The notes beneath the pieces are model-generated. The model did no database searches and was not told the DNA's origin. It was given only the letters and a program-made list of their open reading frames with translations. Positions 34,501-49,500 of a DNA stretch of 64,000 nt are shown piece after piece. Made by a program: the position numbers and the translations under genes. The stretch lies in NCBI GenBank assembly GCA_038087875.1, contig CM075998.1, positions 930,001 through 994,000 on the forward strand, given 5' to 3'. The first letter of the stretch is position 1. Each line of letters opens with the position of its first letter. Source of the stretch: Malacoraja senta. Lineage: Eukaryota.

Positions 34501-37500
34501 TAGTTTGAAATACTATAGGTGTGTCAGCCAAAGCTTTGTGTTGGATACTTCAAAATAACCACTTTTGCTCCTGTTCAGGGCTCTCACTTAACTTTTTTTC
34601 CCTGTTGCCAGCCGGGCAACCTTGGCAGCTTTTTAAGTTGCCAAATGACAGTTTAGATGGTCATTTAAGACGGTTTGCATGACGTGTGCAATAATGTGCT
34701 CGGACGAAGTGCGTAGTTACCAGTCGGAATTATGCTCAATGAAGCATTCACATATTATTTCTGCTTCAAATAAAGTCACAAACTAAACATATTCACAATC
34801 AAGACATGATATATACCACAATGACATGCAGCAAAATTATATTACAGTATCTCAACTCTTTTTACACATTGCAATTAATGCAATTTGTATTAGTTCTTTC
34901 CACTTCCAAACAAAAATGTGGTTGGATTATTCAGCGTATGATCAACCTGTGTCAATAAATCCTGGACCATGGTAACATATATGCTTAACCATGCACACTA
35001 CAGATTGATGCAAGCATGTCTTCTGTGAACGACCGAAAATTACCATGACATGGCCATAGCATGGGTCGTTATTGCTATTGGTACAGAAACACTCTCGCTT
35101 CCCACATAATTTATCCATAACAAAATATACAGGTTGCAAGGAAATTTCTAAAGGCATTTTATGATAATAGCTGTTGAAACCAACTATACCCATCTGACAG
35201 GTTAAACATTACATTAACTGACAAGAGATGGCCAAAGGACATGACTGCAGCAAATGTTCTTTAGGTAATATGTTTAAAGATGTCAAAACGCCACATTACC
35301 AGACATTCAGATTAGATGTACGTGTTGTGAACAGTAATGAAGATACCCAGTTTGTACGCACCAGATTTAAAAAAAATTATTGATAAACGCTGTTTCTATC
35401 ATTCCCACTTCAGAATTAACGTTAACATTTCAAAGGACATATCTCCTGACCAAATTTGTGATGTATATGACCGACTAGAAGTAAAACCTGGATAAATCCA
35501 ACGTATAGTTGTGAATGTTGCTCATTAAATAACTACATTACTGATACTCCATATTAAGAGCATTGATTTGCCATTAAAATGAATTCTGTAATAATGTGTC
35601 AACGGTAGCAGTGACAATCGAACACTGCGGTTTTAATGTTTCATGTGTTCACAATTTAATTAATCCATCTTTATGGACTAAAACAAATAATAACATTGGT
35701 AATTAAAACACATTTGATTGCATTCCGTTATCAAACATAGTCAATGTTCGCTCTGAAGACATTTCCAGCACAATAGGGTCAGGGAGGGGGGGGGGGGGGT
35801 GAATCAGTGCGGGATGGGTAGATGTTGGGGGGGGGGGGGGGCTTGAGAAGGCAATTGGTGCGGAATGGATGGATTGAGGCAGGTGAATTAGTACGGGTTG
35901 GTTGGAGTATGTAAAATTGTGGGGGGAGAGCACGGGGGATGTCAGTACGGGATGGATGGGAGGGATCAGTACAGGATGAATGGGGGGATCAGTACAGGAT
36001 GAATGGGGGGGGATCAGCGTAGGATGAATGGGGGGATCAGTACAGGATGAATGGGGGGGGTCAGTACAGGATGAATGGGGGATCAGTAGAGGATGAATGG
36101 GAGGTTCAGTACAGGATGAATGGATGTAGACAAAAGTGCTGGAGAAACTCAGCGGGTGAGGCAGCATCAATGGAACGAAGGAAATAGGCAACGTTTCGGG
36201 TCGAGACCCTTCTTCAGACTAAAAAAAGGATGGGTGACGTTTCTTCAGTCGAAAGAAGGGTCCCGACCCGAAACGTCACCCATCCTTTTTCTCCAGAGTT
36301 GCTGCCTGTCCTGCTGAGTTACGCCAGAACTTTGTGTCTATCCCTGGGATGTACCGCCTTTCAGTTGCATGAGTTTTCTCCAACACATTTAAAAAATACT
36401 GATTTCCTTGAGCACGTTCAGTCTAAATCTGTAGTTCACCATTTGTGGAAGGTTTATATGCTTAGTTCTTGTGAAGACAGAATATTTAATTTCATATTTT
36501 CTTATTATATGTAATTATATATTTTCTTACACATAATTTCTGCCTACATCTTGGGAGCCCATTAACTTCATATAATCCATCCATTTTTACCGATCTATTG
36601 AATCTATTTTGTTTCTTGCTAGCCTCTTGTATTCTACTTAATCAGTATCTTAGTTTTCCATTGCTGACTTCTGATTTCCCCAACTCTCAGGCTTGCAGCT
36701 TTTATTTTGTGGTTTGCCAATATCTTCATCCATTATTTTTAATGCTGAAGTTAGTTTCTTGAAATGCTGTTTTTCTAGACAATTGAGTACTGCCTTGTGA
36801 GTTAAAATAATTGAACTTATTTCCCTCTCTTTTTATGCAATAAGGAACTGCAGATGCTGGTTTATACCAAAGATTGACACAACATGCTGTGTAATTCAGC
36901 AGGTCAGGCAGCATCTCTGGAGAAAATTAATAGGTGACGTTTGGGTTGGGACCCTTCTTCTTTTGCCTTGCCACACAAGCAGAAAAAAGAGGTTGCCAAC
37001 TACGTAGAGTTCATGGAGGAGACAAAGCTTTTCCCGTCCTCCAGTGGCATTGACATTGGAGGGGCATGAAGACATCCAGGAAAATAAATATAAAACCACG
37101 AAACTGGTGCGAGGAGGGAATGAGCAGGGTCAGGAAACGTTCGTCCTGTCATTCAATACAATCAAAAACAAACTAATAATTCTCATTTCTGGATGCGAGG
37201 GCTCTGCAAGTCAAATTCACTATTTCTTCTAAGTGACAGTTATGCATTACCCACAAAAATAATCGTTGTAGGTGAACTGATTTTGGCATTCCTGAGAAAT
37301 ACAGTAACCTGTTATGTAACATCTCAGAACTTTCCTAATTGACCTCAAGGATGTAGCTATTTACAATACTTGGGCTTTAAGAAAATGAGATTATGTGCAT
37401 CTTTAACTTGCCAGAATATTAAACCTCATTACAAGTACAATTTATCTATTGTTGTAAAACTAATGTCTCTCTAGCTTGGCTTTAAGAATACAAAAGATCT

Positions 37501-40500
37501 GAACTTTTTACAAAAATCATTGCAGATAAAAATCTAATTGAAAAATGTGACCATGATCAATGATTCAAGAAGAATGTCAATCTAGTGATGGGCAGCAAAT
37601 ACTGACCTTGCCAATCATCATCAGAACTAATTTTTAAATATTGCATTTTCAATATAATAATAAGTTTATTATATTGAAGTTCCCCAACAAGGCATGAGCG
37701 CCAGAGCCCTTTTAAAAAGTAATCAAATCTAATTAGATTGATCTTTTATTGATTAATATTTTATCTTCATTCTATAATTATAGATGGTGCTGAAAGTTTA
37801 CAGTCAGTCAATCAGTGAGTATTTTCTTCCTTCCTTATAATTTAGTACAGCTGCCTGACACACCAAGAGGCTGTGTGACCTGCAAATGATGCTTCCTAGT
37901 TACAGAGATGTGCCACTCTGGGTATGATGATGGGCGGCACAGAGGTGCAGCTGGTAGGGCTGTTGCCTCACCACAGTGGCCTGGCTTCAATCCTGACTTC
38001 TGGTGCTGTCTGTGGAATTTGCATGTTCTCCCTGTTACTGCGTAGGTTTCTCATAGGCACTCCACATTCCTCCCGTGATCTAAAGTCATTTGGGTTGGTA
38101 GGCAAATAGGCTGTTGTAATTCCCTTGTGTGTAGATGAAAGGCAGAAACTTGGGAGGGGTGGGATGGTGAGAGAGGTGGCAAGGTGAGAGAATGTTGATG
38201 GGAACATGGAGAGAATAGGTTACAGGGACAATCAATGGGGGAACAGGATTGCTCTAAGTAAAATAGACTTAATATGCCAAAATAGCCTCCTTCTCTGTCT
38301 TCATACATTTTTTAATGCTGTATGAATATGTGTCCAGCAGTTACTGATTCTGCTTGTTCCTTCCCGAATGTGTGTCTCCATGAGGACTCTCATTGTGACC
38401 AGGAATAGCTGGATAAAGTCAGCATTTTTCTTCTGTAGAGGAAGCATACGGAAGGGTTTTCTCTATGATCATGCCGAAAATTAGTAATGAGAAGGAAAAG
38501 TTTGGGTTTGAACCCATCAACCAGAATTTCCCTCCCCTTATCCATCGGGAACGTTGCTCTTCTTCCTCCCCTGTCTCCTGTGTGCACATAATAATGCTTC
38601 TGACTCTCTAAGGCTCTTTGGCATAACCTTGTGGTGCTTCAGGAAATTGGTTGGGTTGAGGTGAATCCAGAGGGGTGAACAGAGCATATTCTGCTATCTC
38701 TGTGCAAAAGAGAAAACATTGGTATGTAGTTTCTTAACTGAGAAGGAAAACACCCAAGTTCAGGCCATCCCTGTGTAAACAACGGGTTTTGTTTTTATAT
38801 GTGTCCATCAATTGATTTTGTCCAAAAGTTGGAAATTACACAATAATCACTTGATATAGCAACCATGCCTCCACAGAAATGTAATAAATGGCATCAAAAG
38901 GACATAAGACTGATAAGAAAGAACAATTACTGGAAGTGGAGAGAGAGGGGGTGGAAGATTGCAACCTTCACGTGGTCCGCCCTGTTTCGACGAATGCAAT
39001 CAACCTGGCGTGCACAATCAAGTAAGATCAAATAGAACAAGTTGTCCTACAACTTTAGGCTGTGCACGCCATACGCAAGATGAAGAAGAGAGAGAGGAAA
39101 CTACTTTTGCCGTTCGTAGGAACGAACGTATGCACACACGTCAGATGTTTGAATTTATTAATATGGGAGCTCATTAATATATAGGGATGTCCATAAATTG
39201 GGCATTTGTAATCCAGGGATGGTCTGAAATGAAAGGAAATGTTAAATGCTAGAACTAATTGTGTTGGCCTTAAATTTCAAACTTGGCTGGTTAGCCTATC
39301 CTGAGTTCTTTAACTTCCAGGTCTACAAGATTCCTTTTAAATTTCAGCAAATAGAACACATCCTATCTCCATTGGTGACCTCAAAAATGCTCATTACTTC
39401 GATATTTTTTTGTGTATAAAATATTTGTCTTGCAGATCTCTCATAAGTGAAGAAATTAGAGATCTGCTCCTTGAGTATGAGAAACGTTATGAAGCTATGG
39501 TATGTCATTCATATCCTTGCATCTACAGATGAGACATCTGTGTCATTCAGGTGTTATTTCTACCTCTGAGATACATAAAACTCTGTTAATCCTGAATGCC
39601 TGGATCTTTGGTGCCAGACTTGCAGATTTTCCAGACTGTTGAATGTTATTCCAATCAATACTGTCACACATCATTAATTCACTTATTTTGGATGTTATAC
39701 ATTAGTATAATAATTTTTCTAGCAAATCCAGAAAGTTTAAAAGAAGCATGGGAACAAGAGCCCCAATGCATTTAAAGGGAACAGGGGAACAGAGGGCCCA
39801 GTGTGTTAAAGGGAACACGTGTATTGGCATCTGGTAAGCCAGATGCAGAACCGCGGGGATTTCTGAATAATGGGATTGAGTTATTGTTCCAATTGGTTTT
39901 ATTTTGAGATATACTGAATCATCTGCCAAATATCATCGCTTCAAATTTGGCATCACCAAAAAGAAAAATAATAGAACTGCAGTAACGTGTTTGTGCCCTA
40001 ATGGTTTATGTTCCAAAATGTTCACTAGGTAGATAAATGTCACAGTACAGTCAAGAAGGGTAATGTAAATGTTTATAAAGCTGTTTAGTGGGCTGGCATC
40101 TATAAAGTACCTATGATGCTTAGAGGTGGCTGATGCTGGAGTACTGCGGTACATTAGAAGGATACTTGTAACTGCATAGTATATTTTGGGAGGGATTAGG
40201 ATCAATTAAATCATGCTAGGATTATGTTAAATCCACTTGATTCTTGGATTATGCATTGTATTAGATGTGCCTAGTTGTAACACAGAAAAATAAAGATGTG
40301 AACATATTTATGAAGATGTAATTATGTGATTCTGTATTTGTAGATGTTTATGTTATTATTAACGATAATTCTGATTCCTCTATTTTTGGCCTTGGTATTC
40401 AGGAAAAGGAAAGGAAACATCTCAAAACAAAGGCAAAATTCCTGAAGGTAGATAGATTTATCAATACATTTGTCACCATCAAAAGAAGTCAAGGCCATCT

Positions 40501-43500
40501 TTCTATTTTGTTCTTTGGAAAAAGGACAGACAAACTGGTATTTCCAATACATAGAGCCCATGAGTTTCTGGCCTGTGGGATTATTGGACAAAAATGAAGC
40601 ATTATAAATGTTACAAGGTAAGTCATCTAAGGCAATTATAGTGCAGCACCAGGAGGTGCAATTACTTGTGATTTAGGAACAGGTCGCATATTGGTCCTTT
40701 TCTTCTTGGAATTATATATGTTTGAGATCTGAGGAGGTTGATCAAAAAGAGAAAATGTAAGTCAATTCTCACTGTTGTGATTCCCATTTTGGCAAAAAAA
40801 ACATACGTACCAATGACTTGCAAGTTGTCCCTGAGGTACGTAGATATAGGGATGGTGGTCTTGGCTATGGCGATTAGATCTTGGCTGATCTGGACCTTTG
40901 CCCCTTGTACCCTTGCGCATTCCATGATGGCTGGAAATACCAAGTTTTCAACCTAACGTATTAATTTTCCATCTTTCAAAGTGTGTTTTGTGTGTGTTGA
41001 TGAGGAAAGGCAAAATTAATTTGAAATGTTTAGGTTGAACAGGTTCTAGGAGACCTAAGATAGACACAAAATGCTGGAGTAACTCAGTGGGACAGGCAGC
41101 ATCTCGAGACACCATCTAGGAGACCTGAGTTTGGTCTTGGCTCCTCAAATCTTGCCTGGAGCTGAGTCATTTGCCTGATCTTCGTTCTTCCAACTAGAAT
41201 TCAGCCGTACCTGATTTCTCCAAGTGCGGAATTGAATCAAGTTAGGAAACGGATGATTTATTTAAACTAGCACACAAGACAAAGCAACAAAATAAGAAGC
41301 AAAAATATCAAATTAGTTTAACAACAGGTTGCAGACATTTTTAATTACTGTTCTAATGGTAATTTACTTTCAGAGATTAATTTGTTTTGTCTTTTTCAGT
41401 CGTTCTGTGCTTTTTAACTGTTTTATAGCAGCAAATACTTCGTAATTTAGTTATTGTTAGGCTTTTAGCTTCTTACTTTTTTGTAACAGTTTTAACTTAG
41501 GCAAATGATTTGAGTCTGCTTCAACGTTCCATTGGGCGTGCCAAGATCTGAAGAGTATTGTTGTCCATGAACACTCTTCTTTTCCATCCTTATAGCTCAC
41601 CAAATTAGAAGTGACTGAGCAACTGGAAAGTAGGTAAGTGAATGTTCCTGAAATGTTAAGCCATGTATCTAATAGCTGGATGTGGATGCCCTAACACCCA
41701 TTGTATTGGGTCTTGTATTTTGTGTCTATCTTCGGTTTAAACCCGCATCTGCAGTTCCTTCCTACACATTTGTATTGGGATTAGCTTTGCCATTGGGATT
41801 CAGCTTCGCATATTTTAGTGGTGTAAAAATGTTGCATATTGCACATGTGCCTATAAATTCAATTGTATCAAGCCTAAATGGCAGTGTTAGGCAAACATTT
41901 TTTTCCCCCAGTGAAACATGATTGTGGGGTTATTTTGTGCCACCACATAAATTTGGCAGGAAACTTCCTAATGTCAGTCACCCTTGCATTTATAATATGA
42001 TTTCATCGTCAGGAGTGCAAAAGATGATGCCATTCCCTGTGCAATATTCCTTTTGGAACCTGCAAGAAAAAATGGACTGCATTGTCCTGGTGATCTTTGT
42101 TGTTGGGCAGTCCCAGAATAACAGTTTTGCTATCCCTGGTCTAGAATGCCTGCAAAGTAAGTAAATGACTTAATTTTGTCCTTGGTTTCACTGTTCACCA
42201 TTCCCCAACTCCCCCCCCACTGATCTGCACCACACCACTTGATCCACCTGCTGTATGTTTTCTTTCTCACATGTTAGGCAAATGCCTATGTTGGCACTTA
42301 GACGAGCAAAGCCACCCACTGAAATGTTAAATCTTTATGTAACTTTGAGGATTCGAGTTCATGAAAATGTAGCACAAAAATAGCTCATGTTGGTATTATG
42401 ATGGTAGAAATTTGAAGGATTTAAGAGTGACATTAGAAGTATATTGTGTTCTCAGAGTACATGTACCTACAAATATATTTACCAGCAGCATCAAAGTAAC
42501 ACTGAACTCTTTTTGATAGTTCATCATAATACAATATATTAAAAGCAAGCAATGCTTCGGTACTGTTACCATGGCAGTCCTTAAGTCCATAGCTTTTTCC
42601 TCCTTCATAAGCTCCCATAATTTATGAACTGGGGAGTGGTTCAGTTATTCAGTCAATTTCAGGTATTTCCAATACTTCTAATTAGAGGATACTACGTAGC
42701 TCATAAAGCTCTATAGTTGCTTTCACTTTTAGCTGCAAGCATGAAGCTTTTTTCACTGTACAGCCTCTTTTACTGTGAGGAGCTGTTCTTCACTGAACTA
42801 CCTGATGTTCTGCTGACATGATCCTGGTACATCAGCAAATCTACCCAACAACTATGTAATAATTCCTAATATGACCTGATCTTGCAAAGCCATGCATGGA
42901 CAACCTGTGCTTCTTCCAAACATTAATTTCTTCTGGTCTTGTCAGCGCTTAGACACGGGACTTCATAATTATTCTTGTGGAGAGATAGAAAATAAATCAA
43001 AATAAAGTTATTGACTGTTGGTGGAAAGGAAAATGGAAAGGAGGCGTTCCACAGCAAGTTAATGGGAGCAAACAAGATGGAGTAGGAGCTGATGCTAAAC
43101 CAGATGAGAGCTTATGGTATTAGAGGGAAGATATTAGCATGGACAGAAGATTGGCTGAATAGCAGAAGGCAATGAATGGGAATAAAGGAGGCCTTTTCTG
43201 GTTGGCTGCTTGTGATTAGTGGTGTTCCGCAAGGGTTGGTTTTCCGCTACTTTTCACATTGTATATTAATGATATGGATGATGGAATTGATGGCTCTGCG
43301 GCCAGATATACAGATGATACGAAGATAGGTGGAGGGGGGCAGGGAGTCTTCAGAAGGACTTGGACAGGTTTGGAGAGTGGGCGAAGAATGGAATATAGTG
43401 CAGCAAAGTGGATGATTATGCACTTTGGTAGTAGGAATAAAGGCACAGACTAATTTGTGAATGGGGAGAGGATTTGGAAATCTGAGCTGCAAAGGAACTT

Positions 43501-46500
43501 GGATGTGCTGTTGCAGGATTCCCAAAAGGTTCATTTGCAAGTTGAATCAGTAGTAAGGAGGGCAAATGCAATGTTAGCATTCATTTCGAGAGGACCAGAA
43601 TATAAAAGCAGGGACGTAATGCTGAGGCTTTATAAGAGACTGATCAGACTGCATTTGGTGTATTGTGAGCAGTTTGGGTCTCATACCTGGGGAGGGATGT
43701 GCTGGCATTGGAGAGGGTCCGGAGGAGGTTTACGAGAAAACCCCGTGGATGATTGAGTTAATGTATGATGAGCATTTGACGGCTCTGGGCCTGTACACGT
43801 TGGAGATTAGAAGGGTAAGGGAGGACCTCATTGAAACTTACCGAATAATGAAAGGCCTGGATAAAGTGGATGTGGAGAGGATGTTTCCACGAATGGGAGA
43901 GTCTTGGACCAAAGGGCACAGCCTCAGAATCTCAGAATTAAAGGACGTACCTTGAAAAAGGAGATGAGAAGGAATTTCTTCAGACAGTGGGTGGTGAATT
44001 ATCCCATCACAAGCAGTTTAATAAATCAAATTTATATTCTTTGGTGATTAGAAGAATAAAAGGGGATGTTTCCACTTGTGGGAGAATCTCAAATGTGGGA
44101 ATATAGTTACAAAATTAGACAGTAGTCATTTAAAATTGAGGTCCATGGGAATTTCTGACAGAGGGCGATGAATATGGAATTCTCTCCCCCAGAGGGTTGT
44201 CAAGGCTAGATCACTGGAAGTATTTAAAGAGGAAGTAGATACATTTAGCAAAGATCAGGGAATTGAGAGCTTTGGGGAACTGGCATAGTAGAGCAGATCT
44301 GCCATGATCATATTGAACAGTGGGGCAGGCTTGAGAATATAAATTGCTTTCATCTGCTCCAATTTTATGATGTTCTTACATTCTTATTACCTTTTCCTTA
44401 GGCTGAGGGAGAAAGATGCACAAATTTCAACAATGGAACAAGAAATTATGCAACTGAATGAAATGTTTGAAATGCACAAAAGCAAAAATAATGTGAGTGA
44501 TTGATGTATCATGTTTAAACATCAGCAATTCTGTTGCATTCAAGTAGTGGGATGGTTCAATATATTTGTTTAACAGTAGCTCATGCTCTTTTTGAAGCAT
44601 TGTCCAGTGAAATGGTACAGTTTCAAAGTTTAATTAAATAATGCTGTGTAAGTTTGGGGAAGTAATTTTTCCACTTTTGGTCTCCAGAGCTAGAGGTTGA
44701 TATGCATTGTGTTCAGTGGGTACCTAAAGGTCAAGGCTTGACACCTTCAGCATATAAATGCAAGGCCTGATGTCTGCTGAAAACCCATCATACATAAATG
44801 GAGAGGCAACAAGCTTACCGAACTGCACATCTATTACTTTTGTTGTTATGAGTGAAAGTAAAATATCAATTGGGGCAGAACAACAGAACAAAACTTCCCC
44901 TACAATCCAAAGCTAATTTCTAGGCACTCGGATCTACATCAAACATTTGGTTGGGTACAGCATACTTGTCTATATTCAGCCAAAACCTCGCAAGCGCTCA
45001 CTAAACCAGTGTAAACTTTCTCCATTGCCTTTGCCAATTATCATTATGGCCTGAATTCGGAACAATTTTCTATTATGTGCCCTTGGATACTAGGAGCTGA
45101 GCTGACATTTTCAAATCAATTTTGTTACAGAAATCTTAAAGCAGAGAGTGCAGGTTATTGCCCTGAAGCAAGGATGGTTCAAGTCACTTGTCCTAACCTA
45201 TTGCGCCACCTAGTGCCCAGACCTATTGAGAGATCCTCCTTCTCTGTATGTAAATGTCAAATTTTGCCAGCAGTTTAGGAGGGAACATGGAACAAATAAT
45301 ATAGGAGTAGGTCTTCTCCACCATTCACCGATATTACGTTTGATCTGCCACCTCAGTACCAGTTTTAATCAAGTGAAAATTGATTTGTCAAGTTTTTGTC
45401 CACCCACTCAACCCAATAAATTGTATAATCACAACTGATATGAATCTCCAAAAATTGAGAGGAGGCACTGGTGGTCTCAGGTTTAACCTTGCGGCTCAGC
45501 TTTGGGCTTGAAGATGTGGCACTAACAGTCCCTGGATTATCCTGGTGACTCAGTCTTTGCCTCTCTGTGTGTGAATGCAGTCGCACGTTTTTTGTGGACA
45601 GAAAGAGGCACTGGCGTTTCAGGCTTACCACGGCCACTCAGTCTTGGCCTCAGTAGAGGAGCTGGCTGTCTAGGGCATCTTCCAGGCAGTTCAGTCTTGA
45701 CCACGCAGTGGCTTCGGTGGTCTCCCTGTCTCCCTTGCACATTGGTCTTCAGTGACCTGTGTATAAGAGGGACAGGATTTGTGTGGTTTGCTAATCTTCC
45801 ATTGACGAAGTGTAGATGCTCTTTTCCTTATGTTGGTTTTGAGACATGCCCACAATCATACAGTGCCTTATCTTTAATTTTCTCCGACCCCCCACCCCAC
45901 CCCATCTTTATTTCTTTAACCTGTTGATGCTCTGATGTGGTTTTTCTCACACTACTGTCTTTGAGGACTGGTTCTTGAAACAGGTGGTCATTTGAGAGGT
46001 CAGCTTTGTTCTATTATGTAAATCTGTGTGCTTTTGGATCTAGGTGACATTTCAAAATGGAGGCAGCATATTCCCAGAATGGGAATTGGTATTACTAATG
46101 TCTTGATTAATGGATAGATCATCATTGGCAAGGAAGCTACCACAGTCTCTTTCCACATGAACAATCCGGCTGCAAGTGCCACACTTGATGTATCAGTTTG
46201 TAGTAGCCCAGTGAGCTGCAGACTCACTCCCAGTTTCCCAGAGGTTAATATGTGCAGGAGTCAGATCTTCACGTCCCACAGATTTCCAAAAAGACCAAAT
46301 CGAGAGGTGCTTTGATACAAGAACTTGCAGGAATGACCTGATTGCATCATGAACTGCCACCCTATCATTGGTCACTGTGGTGCTTTATTTAATGGCAGAA
46401 TAGTGTACTGTTACCTGGTCTGGGTCACACACAAAACTGTTTGATGCACAACTGAATAATGTACATCATAACAGGACTGCTGAAACTAACACCAATAGCT

Positions 46501-49500
46501 CGGATCCCTGTTCTCGCAAACAGTTTTAGATGTTTCCTTGCAAACAACTCACCCATCAACCTTAGGAGATAAAGGCCTTGGAAAATCCTTTGAGTAAAAC
46601 AATATTATTGGGAAGCCAATTGCTGTACGTGATGAGTTTTATTTTAAGGTGTCAATCACAAAGTTTGTAAAATTGCTTTTGCACTTTCTGTGCATATGGA
46701 CATGCACAATGAACATCATATCTAAGAAGTTCAACCGTGCATGCAAAAGCTAACTTTCACAATGAATTTGAGGCCTGCTTCGAAACTTAGATGGGTGATG
46801 TATGAGCAAATTCCAACCAATAGGTGTCCAGTGCTATTGGAAGTGGCTGAAGGTAGGTGACCGTTAAGAATCTATGGATAAGGTGCAGAGATTCATCTCG
46901 GTAAGCTTCACTAGTCTTATCAGTACCACTAGGTACACTTTCCCAAAAAAGTCCAAATTGGGCACTTTGATGTGTTGCCTCGCCAGGTAGCATGAATGAT
47001 ACCCCTTCCATATCTACAGAGGCATATTCCTTCAATATAGTGATGACTTTAACTGCAATAGACAGAACTTTCATGCTGTGGGGTGCTGTCTGAAGGTCAT
47101 GCTGGAGTACATAGCACATCCTAAATTGCAGGTAATCTCTTCCACTGCATAAATCCCTGATCATATGATGCAATTCCTGGGCCATGTGTAGCATTTATCA
47201 GTTTCCAACTTTGCAGTGTCTCCTGTCCTCCCAGGAGTTTCTTCCGTACAAAATCTAACACCCATTACCAGACTCTCTGCAATGTCCATGATTGGTGCTG
47301 CTTACAGTTGAACTGGTGTGCACCAAATGAATGCTGAACTGCATAAAGGCAGCAAGCAGTCGGATGAAAGTGGAACCATCTGATGCACAGGTTGAGTACC
47401 TGTTTTATGCAGGTGCTCAGCAAACCAAGAACTGAACTGAAAAACTGCATGAGAACAGAAATTTGGGGTGGACCCAATTCATATTAATAAATATGATCTT
47501 GTTATAAAGAATGAGGCCAGCCCATGCACAAAGTGCACCTCAGAAACTAAATTTATTTTTCTCCCACAGAATCGGGAATACAATGCTGAATGGGCTGCAG
47601 CCGATTTTCCCAATTCCACGGGCCAGACATGCCACTGCCAAGAGGCTGCACGCCAAGTGCACAACTGCAGAGTCAGTCCTATGGTACAAGACGATACTGA
47701 ATGAATATTTTCCAATACTATCAATGAGCATTGAAAATAACACCACAATATGGTGTAAGGACATCCTCTGCAGTGGACCTGTAGAATGCATTTTCATTCC
47801 CATGATTTTTCACTGTTCTTGAGTTTAACCATGTTGCATGGGGAAGTGGGGGAGGGGGTGGGGGGGTCGTGTATCAAATAAGCCCAAGCTTCCCCCACAA
47901 GGAACAGAGGAAAGAGAGATGTCAAGTAGGCACCTTTGGGGAAATTTATTTTTGGATATTTTCAGAGTAATAGCTCAGAAATAATAACCTTCATTGTTCC
48001 TGATATGTAAAAGTAACAAACAGCCTTTTCTTGCTGAACACAGTGCTATATGTATGAATAGTAAAGATTTCAGAACTAGTTAATTAACTTCATATACTGA
48101 AGAGTGGAAGGTGTCAGCACTATGTTTCTATAAGAAATAGGTGACAAATGTTCATGTCAGGTACAAAGAGAGGAACTGAGTTACAGCAAACTGAATAGGG
48201 TGAATGGCATTTTTTCTTATTCCAAAATTCTGTTTTCCCCCCATCCCCCCCCCCCCCCCCACCATTATAGCTCACCAAATTAGTAGCAGTAGAACAACTG
48301 GAAAACAGGTAAAGTACTTTATCATCACTGTCAATGTCATGTAATGTAAATGTCTGATTGCATATTTGTCATGCCATCCTGTTCTATTGCCCAAATCAAA
48401 TGGGCAATATATATATATACTAGACTAGACTGGGACCCGTTGGGTCCCAGCATCACATGGGAGAGCTAGTCCTCCAAAGACAACACAGCTTTAGCATTTC
48501 CAAACCATATTTTCAAACCACATTAAGAGCACTGACAGGTCAGTAAAACCACTCACAGTTTAGTAGACATGTGTTCAGTGTTATTCACAGCTCAGACTGA
48601 GTAACGTGACCCTCTTGCTCCCCCATCTTGCAGAGACTGACTGAGGCACTCAACACTTCCGGGTTTTATGGTCCCCCCGGAAGGGGTGTCGCCTTCAGGA
48701 GAGAGAATCTCAACATTTTTAAAACACTAATAACTCTTTTATTTTTCATCAATGGGAAAAATCCTCTTGTCCTGCGCAGCAGAGGGGGACTCTGAGTAAG
48801 ATGGCCAAAAATCACAGCCATAAGTGGCACCGTTTTTTCTAAAATCAATATACAGAACAACAGGAACTGGTCAAGATCAGACTTTTAGTAATATAGATAT
48901 ATTCTATTGCCCACATCAAATGGTTCATTCATATATATATAAATTACCAAAATCATCATGAACAGAGGGGAGAGTTTCTTCACTAGAGTTAAGTTATCTG
49001 GCTGAGGTGACAAGTGAAACAGAGTCTCTCATTGGCATGGAAAAGATCCATTAGAGAATGCTACTGGGAGATCTGGGGAGAAAAAAGTTTTCCACCTATC
49101 CTGTCAGCTGGTATGATGCACATATGTTTTAAGAATAAAAATGGATTGGAAAAATGCTGACATTTAATTTTGTTTTAATTTCTCTTGCACTCATGAGCAT
49201 CAAGCTATATACTTTTTTATTGGTGATTTGACTTGATAAATACTGTTTCTTTAATTGATATGATTTTTTGGTAATTGTATAGTCATATTCAATTATGTTA
49301 GTTGTCTTGTACCAGCTATGGAGCTTCTGTTTCACCTTTTCTATTCTACATATTGTCTTTTGTTCCTTTATTAGGACTTCTCTCATATTTCACCCTCCAA
49401 GAACATAGCATTCATGTTTTTCCCCCCCTATCCTTCTGAATCAGTCCAGCGACTGGTGGTGATTTGGAACCCACTGCCTAAAAAGGTGTTGGAGGCACTA

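Larger units (their letters stand above)
19208..40748 (+). repeat. Tandem segmental duplication, copy 2 (ancestral-like, ~21.5 kb)
   Basis: Starts with the sequence found at 4195 (aaaaatctcaaatgagttg) and ends with the sequence found at the end of copy 1 (gaggaggttgatcaaaaa). Confidence 0.95.

Noticed and set aside
35940-36125. Regularly spaced repeats as a CRISPR-like array
   Set aside because: No unique spacers; this is a simple eukaryotic minisatellite. The Pro-rich ORF over it is an artefact.
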